The notes under the pieces were generated by a model. It saw only the letters and a program-made list of their open reading frames with translations. It had not been told where the DNA came from and did no database searches. Positions 13,288 to 22,989 of a stretch of DNA of 64,000 nucleotides are shown piece after piece. The stretch comes from Tubulanus polymorphus (lineage: Eukaryota > Animalia > Nemertea). Both the position numbers and the translations under genes were made by a program. Location of the stretch: positions 17,850,950 through 17,914,949 of the forward strand of contig NC_134029.1 of NCBI RefSeq assembly GCF_964204645.1, in the 5' to 3' direction. Position 1 is the first letter of the stretch; every line of letters starts with the position of its first letter.

Positions 13288-13478
13288 AGTAATAGGGGTT
13301 TAGTTGTTTCATACCAAAGGTCGAACGGTCGAGAAATTTTCCAAATGTTAAAATAACAATAATTTCTACTTGAATTAGTCGCGTACACTCCTAATTCAAG
13401 TAGAAATTATTATTATTTTAACATTTGGAAAATTTCTCAACCATTCAACCTTTGTGAAACAACTAAACCCCTATTACT
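13288..13478. repeat. Left terminal fold-back hairpin of the palindromic element
   Basis: 13288-13378 pairs imperfectly with 13391-13478 around the 12-nt loop TCGCGTACACTC. Confidence 0.9.
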
Positions 13479-13644
13479 CTTAAAATATTCATATACATAA
13501 ATAACATTCAAATTGACAGATTATTCAATATAAAAGTGTGAGCTCTTATAGAATAGATATATAGATATATTTTAAACATATTTCAATATTTATATTTGTA
13601 TGAGTTAGATTTTTGAACATTAAAAGTGTTAGTAAAGTGTGATT

Positions 13645-13825
13645 GAAATAATTCATATATAAATCATTGAATATTTATATTTATATGCGTTAAATTCTTA
13701 TTTTCGATATAAAAAGTAACGAGTAATTAACGAGTGAAATAATTCATATTTAAAACAGTGAATATTTATATTTATATGCGTTAAATTCTTATTTTATGTT
13801 TAAAAGTAACGAGTAATTAACGAGT
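13645..13825 (+). repeat. ~90-bp tandem duplication upstream of the element ORF (mirrored at ~15888-16068)
   Basis: Units 13645-13735 and 13736-13825: GAAATAATTCATAT...GAATATTTATATTTATATGCGTTAAATTCTTATTTT...AAAAGTAACGAGTAATTAACGAGT. Confidence 0.85.
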
Positions 13826-13827
13826 TG

Positions 13828-14442
13828 ATGAAAATATCAATTTTAATAACAAAGTTACTTATAAATATGAATGAACAGATACTACATTTCAAAGATATCG
13901 ATTTAAATGAATTAGAAAAATATTTTACAATTAAAAATTTCATTCCTATTAAAGATTTGATTAAAACTGCGCGTCTTCGTTTTCAAGTGAAAAATATTAC
14001 TGAATTAGTGTTTAAAAATCATTATCTGATAATAGAGTTATCGAATGATAAAGATAAAATCTTATTCAATACAATAATTCCAAAATTCACAACATTTGAT
14101 GGAATAGATAAACATTTAATAATTACAGATGAAATGCAATCACTTTTTAATAATGAAAATTCACATAAAACATTATTTTTACACTTACGTTATTGCCCAT
14201 TCAGAGAATGCTATGTTATGTTTTTCAGATTACAAGAAAAGAGATTTATCCCTGACATTCCAAATGAAAAATCATATAAAGATGTTGGAATTCAATGTAA
14301 CTTAGATAATGAAATTGTTGCGCCTAAATATAATCCTAATGAAAGCGTTTTATGTAATTGTGTAAAAAATATTATACTCGAAGCAATAAATCACACCATC
14401 TTAAATCAAAATATCGTAACACATATTAAAGATAAAAACTAA
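13828..14442 (+). pseudogene. Left-arm copy of the element ORF, frameshifted in the C-terminal zinc finger
   Basis: Same protein as the right copy up to ...ESVLCNC. TGTGTAAAAAAT versus TGTGGAAAAT then shifts the frame and removes the His ligands. Confidence 0.6.
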
Positions 14443-14520
14443 TAACATAACTGATGATTTAAAAACATTAAAACATCATTTTGATTTCAGTAACTATCCT
14501 AAAGATCATGAATTGTTTAG

Positions 14521-15195
14521 CATGAAATGATAAATTGTTCGACTGTTGAAATGATAAGACAGTTGAAATGATAAATTGTTTGACAGTTGAAATGATAAAT
14601 TGTTTGACAGTTGAAATGATAAATTGTTTGACAGTTGAAATGATAAATTGTTCGACTGTTGAAATGATAAATTGTTTGACAGTTGAAATGATAAATTGTT
14701 TGACAGTTGAAATGATAAATTGTTTGACAGTTGAAATGATAAATTGTTCGACTGTTGAAATGATAAATTGTTTGACAGTTGAAATGATAAATTGTTTGTC
14801 AGTTGAAATGATAAATTGTTCGACTGTTGAACAATTTATCATTTCAACTGCCAAACAATTTATCATTTCAACTGTCAAACAATTTATCATTTCAACTGTC
14901 AAACAATTTATCATTTCAACTGTCTTATCATTTCAACAGTCGAACAATTTATCATTTCAACAGTCGAACAATTTATCATTTCAACTGCCAAACAATTTAT
15001 CATTTCAACAGTCACACAATTTATCATTTCAACAGTCGAACAATTTATCATTTCAACTGTCAAACAATTTATCATTTCAACTGTCAAACAATTTATCATT
15101 TCAACTGTCAAACAATTTATCATTTCAACTGTCAAACAATTTATCATTTCAACTGTCTTATCATTTCAACAGTCGAACAATTTATCATTTCATGC
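14521..15195. repeat. 24-bp minisatellite in two head-to-head arrays (axis ~14830)
   Basis: Unit GTTGAAATGATAAATTGTTTGACA (variant ...TTCGACT), about 12-13 copies on + then about 15 on -. It produces the spurious MINCLTVE / NNLSFQ ORFs. Confidence 0.95.
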
Positions 15196-15285
15196 TAAAC
15201 AATTCATGATCTTTAGGATAGTTACTGAAATCAAAATGATGTCTTAATGTTTTTAAATCATCAGTTATGTTATTAGTTTTTATCT

Positions 15286-15885
15286 TTAATATGTGTTATG
15301 ATATTTTGATTTAAGATGGTGTGATTTATTGCTTCGAGTATAATATTTTCCACAATTACATAAAACGCTTTCATTAGGATTATATTTAGGCGCAACAATT
15401 TCATTATCTAAGTTACATTGAATTCCAACATCTTTATATGATTTTTCATTTGGAATGTCAGGGATAAATCTCTTTTCTTGTAATCTGAAAAACATAACAT
15501 AGCATTCTCTGAATGGGCAATAACGTAAGTGTAAAAATAATGTTTTATGTGAATTTTCATTATTAAAAAGTGATTGCATTTCATCTGTAATTATTAAATG
15601 TTTATCTATTCCATCAAATGTTGTGAATTTTGGAATTATTGTATTGAATAAGATTTTATCTTTATCATTCGATAACTCTATTATCAGATAATGATTTTTA
15701 AACACTAATTCAGTAATATTTTTCACTTGAAAACGAAGACGCGCAGTTTTAATCAAATCTTTAATAGGAATGAAATTTTTAATTGTAAAATATTTTTCTA
15801 ATTCATTTAAATCGATATCTTTGAAATGTAGTATCTGTTCATTCATATTTATAAGTAATTTTGTTATTAAAATTGATATTTTCAT
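15286..15885 (-). CDS. ~200-aa element-encoded protein of unknown function with a C-terminal CxC...H...H zinc-finger-like motif
   Basis: Intronless 600-bp ORF in very AT-rich DNA ending CNCGKYYTRSNKSHHLKSKYH. The real start may be the downstream Met (MNEQ...) preceded by TTATAAAT. Confidence 0.65.
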   Translation of the reverse strand: MKISILITKLLINMNEQILHFKDIDLNELEKYFTIKNFIPIKDLIKTARLRFQVKNITELVFKNHYLIIELSNDKDKILFNTIIPKFTTFDGIDKHLIITDEMQSLFNNENSHKTLFLHLRYCPFRECYVMFFRLQEKRFIPDIPNEKSYKDVGIQCNLDNEIVAPKYNPNESVLCNCGKYYTRSNKSHHLKSKYHNTY

Positions 15886-16234
15886 CAACTCGTTAATTAC
15901 TCGTTACTTTTAAACATAAAATAAGAATTTAACGCATATAAATATAAATATTCACTATTTTAAATATGAATTATTTCACTCGTTAATTACTCGTTACTTT
16001 TTATATCGAAAATAAGAATTTAACGCATATAAATATAAATATTCAATGATTTATATATGAATTATTTCAATCACACTTTACTAACACTTTTAATGTTCAA
16101 AAATCTAACTCATACAAATATAAATATTGAAATATGTTTAAAATATATCTATATATCTATTCTATAAGAGCTCACACTTTTATATTGAATAATCTGTCAA
16201 TTTGAATGTTATTCATGTATATGAATATTTTAAG

Positions 16235-16428
16235 AGTAATAGGGGTTTAGTTGTTTCATATCAAAGGTTGAATGGTTGAGAAATTTTCCAAATGTTAAAA
16301 TAATAATAATTTCTACTTGAATTGGGAGTGTACGCGACTAATTCAAGTAGAAATTATTGTTATTTTAACATTTGGAAAATTTCTCGACCGTTCGACCTTT
16401 GGTATGAAACAACTAAACCCCTATTACT
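16235..16428. repeat. Right terminal fold-back hairpin of the palindromic element
   Basis: Reverse complement of 13288-13478; AGTAATAGGGG...CCCCTATTACT around loop GAGTGTACGCGA. Confidence 0.9.
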
Positions 16429-17477
16429 CACGCATTTATAGACCGTCCCCTGTTCATTTCATTTTAAATCAGAACAACATACCTCATGTGTCAAAGCCAT
16501 GATATGAAGTGTTGAATATCAAACTAGGTTAATAGACTACGTCGATAGTGTCGATTGCAATTCTGTTTACCTTATTTAGTCCGCTTGCGTCCAGGTGTAT
16601 AAGTATATTGCTAAGTTTCCAAATATGAAGATTTTGTTGAAGATTTATTTCTTAGTTTAGGTGATCTATATTTGTGAGTTTTTGAAATAACTTGAAAAAG
16701 TGTTGATGCGGCGAAGATCAATCTTTAATAGTTTTGATATTGCGCAGCTTTTGTTCGAAATTCGTACAATCTAAGAATGATGGATGTAATTGAATCTATG
16801 AAGAAATTTGGCATCGTTGTCCGATAGCACGCTAGCGACACCTGGTGGATTTTGATTATTTATTTCAGAAATAAATTGCAACTAAGTGCACAATGTGATA
16901 GATAAATGTAACATAAAACTGGGGTTGTATAAACTGAAACCCTGAAAAGGAATGCTAAGTATACAAAATGTAGTAGTTTGCTGATAGAGAATTATACTGT
17001 TAAAAATTAACTGTGTGATAAATACAGAAATATCTAAATACACCCGTATGTTAAATGAATATAGCAGCTTTAAATGAATGAATAAAATAGTATAATCAAT
17101 CAATAAGTGGATATATAATGGCGTTTCATCTTTGATTTAATATTATTCAAACTTAAACTGGTTTTTACAGACTGACTAATTTGATTCCAAAGTTTAGGAC
17201 CCTTTACTCTCAATGAAATTTTTCTAACATTTGTATAGTAATGACTCAAACGAAGATTAGTCCTCGATGGCGATTATGATTGATGCATTTAACTCAAAAG
17301 GATCAGCGAACTTGAGAGGAAGAAGGTTGTGGGAATGAAAATACACAAACTGCCCAACGAAGATTGTTTATATCATGGAGTTTAAAGATCTGAGTGGATT
17401 TAAATAACGGACCTGTTTTCGCTTGCCATATAGGCAGAATCCTCGATTACCACAGTCGAACGTGGAGTCCTCATTTC

Positions 17478-17865
17478 TAGGCGCATTTGTTTGAAATCGG
17501 TTTGCACAAACCGTTTCGGTTTGTACGAACATCGTCTTTGTTCATACCGGTTAACAAACCAGTGTTGATATACCCAAACGGTTCGCCTGAACCGAGTAAA
17601 CCGTTTTGCGAGCGGATTGCGACATCAAACCGACTTTTTTATTTCTAATTTATTCCAAAAAAATGTTTTGTGCTGGATTGGTTAACATCAGGTTGACAAG
17701 TCTACATTTTATTTACGTGGCTGAAATTGACGAGTAGACGTGTTGATCTGAGATCGGATAATGAGGACCGAATCACTATTTGATGAATTTGATCAAATTT
17801 CGTCGTATATTACACTTGGGCCCAAAATGACGATGAGCACGAATATCCTATACAAATGCGCCTCT
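17478..17865. mobile_element. MITE-like element (related fragment ~19945-20157, opposite orientation)
   Basis: Ends AGGCGCATTTGT ... ACAAATGCGCCT. GCATTTGTTTGAAATCGGTTTGCACAAA recurs inverted at ~20127-20154. Confidence 0.45.
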
Positions 17866-18212
17866 AGACGCGTTAGTGTATATAATCCGACTAAAAGTGT
17901 TGGAGACATCTGCCTCGTGAAAATAATACAAAAATTTGAATTGAATTCTACACATTTCGATTCTACATAGAATATTTAACGAGACATACGTATTATATAC
18001 AATCAGGATATTTAGAACAATCGTTCAGTGAGTGCAAGGTCGCAAAACTCCCTATTGTTTTCTAGCAATTTGGTCTAAGGACAATTCCATACCAGATACC
18101 TCCAAATCCTTATATGAGATCTTCTAGCAGGAATTTGAGCCGTAGACCCTCATAGAAAAAATGGCTGAATGAAAGGTCTAATTATTTGTTCACTAGATTG
18201 TGCCATAGGGGA

Positions 18213-19197
18213 TTAAGGGATAGATATACAAATATACATAAAACACTTATTCGGCTGAGGGCAGGTCTTACTGTCTAATTTATCTTGCCATATTTTCAGC
18301 AGGTTTTCAGGACTTTGTTCGTTCACCATGATGTAAAGTTTGGTCTCGCACCAGTTTTTCAATATGCTTGTAGGCTGCAAAACAATTATGCGTTCATCAC
18401 TGAAATGTTTAACACCTTGTATTCTCCGTGCTATAATACCCGTCCACCAGACATCATCGTTTATTATAAGTGTAGTTTGTAACGCCGTTCTCCACATATC
18501 GGGAATTATATTCGCTGTGAACCCATAGCCGGGACCGGAACAGTGATTCGGGAAAAACGGTAGCGGCCACGTGTCCCGGCTAACGTAATATTCCTTTTTT
18601 GGATCTCGTTCTACGGTCGGGTGGGCAAAAACCCTACACATGAAATATGCGTTCTGATCTAGGTGCGCATCTAACGCAGACGTAAACTGTTCGGCGTCCA
18701 AGTACGTGTCATCGTTGATTTTGATGACGTATTTCGCATGCAAACAGTAATCATGAACCCATTTAATCATGGCGCCCGTTTTTAGTTTGTTACGCTTATC
18801 TTCCATATTCACCTGTATGATATCGCCATACATTTCCATTTCGATAGACAGAAACTTCTTCCAGAGATAATCCGTAGTAGCGGGTAATCCGAGTAAGAAA
18901 GCAAACCGAATTTCCTTAGTTGATTTGGCCCAAGTAGCGCGAATCGCCCGGCGCTGTTGATAGCTATGTGCACGTGATATGATAACCACAATAGTTTTGG
19001 GATTCCCCCAACATATTGTGGTATTGTTGTTAACGAATTTTATATCTCGTAAATAGCCCATAAATGGAATCGGCGGCCCTGTCTCGGCCATTCTGAGTGC
19101 ATTCTGGATTTTCCAATCTTTAATTTTTTCGACGATTAATCCATGCATGAGACAGAGAAAAACCAGACATGATGCAGCTAAAACAATCGATTTGTAT
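18213..19197 (-). CDS. Beta-1,3-galactosyltransferase-like protein (GT31), main coding exon; start exon not identified
   Basis: Acceptor TTTTCAG at 19204-19198 extends the ORF to add the TM anchor YKSIVLAASCLVFLCLMHG. GT31 motifs RRAIRATW, FAFLLG, EMEMYGDIIQ, YVIKINDDTY, RDPKKEYYVS, FPNHCSGPGY and DDVWWTG. Confidence 0.88.
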
Positions 19198-19829
19198 CTG
19201 AAAATAGATTATAAATTTACTTAAGAGCCGGGCGAATTTCAGAAAAAGGCCTTCAGCTTGTAAGAAGACAGAAATTTTCGCTGCACTCGCACACATCACC
19301 TTTGCCACTTGTTTTATCCACGCGTAAAATTTTCGTTTTGGCCCCACCATTCCTACCAGGTTACGATTCATAGATATTACGAATAACTATATATTGCAAT
19401 GTAAACAAACCTTGAACGAAGCTTATTGCGCAACCTCCTGACCATGCCAATGTAGCGAATCCTTGTCATCCCCATCACAAGTTAACAATCAGTATTTACA
19501 CAGAATATGTAAGCTTACAAATAGTAGTTCAATTTCAAAACCTTTTTTCATAAAGTTGTCGCTTTATGGCAATGCACTTTCACAGCTATTTGAGTAAAAA
19601 TGTTCTTGCGGGTTACCGTACGTTTCTATGTTGCCTGTTATATGCGTACAAATATATGTCACTAAACAAAGGTTTTTTAAAACTTGTTACAATTTACCAT
19701 AACGTTTTCCAACTCACTTTATCAAACTGGTTTTCCAGAAGATCTGAAAAAACCATTCACTATAATTCATTATTGCTTGAGCATTCTGTAGGCGATTTTA
19801 TGAGCACGAGTATTTTTTCAAATATTTCT

Positions 19830-19943
19830 TAAATTCCCTCAACCAACTGGGCGCCACGCAGGGCGTTATTAGCGGATTCGAAGTTTCTTTTTCCCAATGG
19901 AGGAGAGACCAGAGGAGAACCTTCGACCAAGAAACTTTGTCGC
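19830..19943 (-). mobile_element. 5'-truncated copy of the tRNA-derived SINE at 43565-43738
   Basis: Shares CCCAATGG.GGAGAGACCAGAG.AGAACCTTCGACCAAGAAACT.TGTCGC with 43636-43686. Confidence 0.7.
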
Positions 19944-20640
19944 TATACGGTTTCTGTCCCGTGCAATATGCCGCGCAAAAAGATATATTGCTTCGAAATT
20001 TACCACATCCGTGGTAAATTTCGTTTCTGTGCCGTTTAGGTTTACGCCTAAACAAAGACGCCGGTTTATGAAAACCGGTTTGTAAACCGTTATGAACAAA
20101 GACGATTTTCCTAAAAATGGAAACATTTTGTGCAAACCGATTTCAAACAAATGCAGCTCTGGATTTTTCAGCATTTTGACTATGAGAAGTGCTATCCTCT
20201 ACGTATCCACCATTACGATTAACACGTATTACCGCTTGATTCAGCCTTGGGAGTATTCAGAACGTAGGGTCTATGGTTGAAACATCGGTCCTTTCGATGT
20301 ACTTCAAGAATCAATGGTCAAACCAGTAAAGTAATTCAGAGACACGACAGTAATTAGAATATATCAGTATCGTTTTATATTTCAGCATATTTATCTTTCC
20401 ACTGCAGCTTACAATATTCTCCACCAGAGAGCTTGTGTTAGACTTTCCCAAGCTCAGTTTTGACTTTCAGAATTCGGGCCTATTTATATCAATTTATCCG
20501 AGTTGAGGTTGATATTTCGACCTTATTTGGTAATTTCAACTAAATCAATAATTAATAATGGTTTGGTGTTGGCCAACAGAATGGTTCATTTAAACTGCGG
20601 AATTTTATAAACGATTGGATTTATAGATATGAAATTATTT

Positions 20641-22345
20641 CAGTTAAGTTAAGTTAAGTTAAGTTTATTGCTCCACAATTAACTCATTGCACAGAGCTAA
20701 ACATACAATACAATATATTTATAGAAAAAGAAAAAACAAAAAACAAAAGAGAAAATTACAATACACGTATATACACATAATAACAACACGGCAAACATGA
20801 CAGATATTAATAGAATAATTGCAAACCTTTTTTGATATATATCGCCAAATTGAGAAGGAGTGATCCAGATAAGTTGAAAAGATTTTGGAGTTGACTTTGC
20901 TGTGGGGAGCGCCAGAAATATCTAGGGATGAATTTAGTTCTTAAATTTTGTGAAAATGAACACACTAAGAGAAAATGAAATTCGTCACCAACCACTCCCA
21001 TATTACACTTAGTGCATATTCTTTCATTGCGCATTCTTTCATATGGCAATATCTACCCTTCTCTATAGGTAACCTATGATTGGAGCATCTGAAACGGCAC
21101 ATCTCTACACGGAGGTTTAAAGGGATGGAAGTTAAATAATCTTCAAATTTGAAACCGGCATGATTTTTAAATTTTCTGTTAGATACAGCAATTGGTGATT
21201 CATTGATTTTCGCGGATATACTGGTCAGTCAGTCTTTGTCGCAAAAGAGCAGTTAGGTGGTTGATGTCAGGGACTGCCTGGTTCTCCCAGAAGTAACCGA
21301 GGCCATTTCTCACAAGGATATTCTTAACATGAATAATCCACTTATTAGATTGTCCATTGATGTGCATATAATAACCATGTCTATTTATTAACGAAGAAAT
21401 ATTGTTTGTTTCATTGACTAATTTTGCCCAAAATTTCACCATTCTGATTTTAACAAAAATATCCAAGGGGTGGCTCCCCAGTTCACCACAGATGAAAATA
21501 CTAGGGGTGGATCGCTTTACTTTAAGTATGTACTTGAAAAAAGATAACTGGACTCGTTCAAGTACCTGGAGGTTTTCAATACCCCAAATTTCGCAGCCAA
21601 ACAATACAATTGGTAATACCATGCTATCAAAAAGTTTTAAAGTTATGTCTAAGTCTAGGGAGTGCTCGCTGGCCTTCTTTAGTACAAAAAATAACGATTT
21701 CCTTGCTTGCTCCGCTAGAGTTTTACGACATTGGACATAGGATCCTGTATAAGAAAAAATTATACCCAGGTATTTATAACTATCAACTATTTCCAGTTTC
21801 TGGCCATTTATAAAGAAATCAGGTATGATCCGTAACCGTCGCTTAGAAAAAATCATCACTTTCGTCTTATCACAATTAATACATAATTTCCACTTTTTCA
21901 GTAGGCATACAGGTTATCAATTAAATGCTGATGTGCTTGTGGACTATCAGCGAATAGGACCGTATCATCGGCGTACATGAGTATTAAAAGTTTAAACCAC
22001 ACACTGTTCTGTTGACCGGGTTTGAAGAAGCTTATGGCTGGGCTATTGTTTTCGAGTAAATAACCTTCCAGGTCATTTAGAAATATTGAAAATAATATTG
22101 GGGAGCGGTTCTCACCTTGTCTTACCCCAGTGAAACTTTCAAAAAATTCTTATCTTGTTTCATTAGAAAAGACACAGGACTTGATGCCTTGATAAATATT
22201 ATGGATAACGTTGAGAATTTTGCCTGTGATACCATTATTAATTAGTTTATGCCAGAGTGCTTTTCGCCAAATGCTATCAAAAGCCTTCTTATAGTCGATA
22301 TAAATGCAGTATAATTTACCATTACTGTTCAAAAAAGCGTCTAGA
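20641..22345 (-). mobile_element. 5'-truncated, frameshifted non-LTR retrotransposon (RT plus C-terminal Cys/His motif; RTE-X-like)
   Basis: RT motifs IDYKKAFDSIWR, GVRQGE, LMYADD and YKYLG; LFGCEIWG; C-terminal ERICTKC...GDEFHFLLVC; 3' end AATAAA followed by (ACTTA)n tandem tail. Clade assignment is inferred. Confidence 0.85.
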
Positions 22346-22989
22346 AGTGTTTTAACACAACCAGGTTGAAAATTGGTTTACATGTACTTGGTTTACATTG
22401 TGACGATGAACACATCGTTAAATGGTCACGTGGTTTTCGAGGTGGGTGTTATACCTAATTCTATTATTCCTAATCCGTGATCGATCCACGTAGATAATGT
22501 CCCGCTAAGATTTTGTTATAACCAAGTGTTTTACCATACCTCCATTGATTCAGGGGTAATTGCCATAAAAGAGATTTCGTTCGAACGAAAAGACAGAATG
22601 TATAGATTCCGCTCAACTCAGAAATAAATCAACGAGTTAAGCGGAATTCGAGTTCGGGTTTTTGACGAAATTGGACAAAAGTTGTTCAAGAATTAAACCA
22701 TTCTGTATCGATCCTAAATGATCCGAAAATGATCTGAAATGATCTGAAAAGTTTGTCAATTGGATGCTAAATAAAAGTAAATTCCGTTATAATGATAATA
22801 ATAATGTATTATTTACGAATTAAATTACAATATGAAGTAGTAGGAATTAGTCAAAAATATTGTAAAATAGGACGTTGGACGACAGGTGAAGTTAACATAC
22901 ACTTATTACCTGAAGGGCCAAGTCGCACATTCACGCCCCATTTCATACATACAAGTAACATGACAAAAAAAAAATCAACATAGAAAATA

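Larger units (their letters stand above)
13288..16428. mobile_element. 3.1-kb near-perfect palindromic element, probably a non-autonomous Maverick/Polinton-like derivative
   Basis: Termini 5'-AGTAATAGGGG...CCCCTATTACT-3'; 6-bp direct repeat CACGCA at 13282-13287 and 16429-16434. The ~1.24-kb non-satellite arms differ at only ~8 sites by eye. No transposase, integrase or polymerase is encoded. Confidence 0.8.

Noticed and set aside
14521-15195. CRISPR-like array
   Set aside because: The repeats are directly adjacent with no unique spacers, there are no cas genes, and the context is eukaryotic.
14468-15209. Repetitive ORFs (MINCLTVE)n, (NNLSFQLS)n, (QFIISTVK)n
   Set aside because: Translation by-products of a stop-poor 24-bp tandem repeat, open in several frames on both strands.
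13288-16428. Palindrome as a pure fold-back sequencing or assembly artefact
   Set aside because: An exact 6-bp TSD, unrelated outer flanks, several arm differences and unequal satellite arrays argue for a real insertion; read-level confirmation is still needed.
19120-19371. 83-aa ORF as a frameshifted N-terminus of the GT31 gene
   Set aside because: The TM anchor is in the main frame after the acceptor at 19197, so no frameshift is needed.
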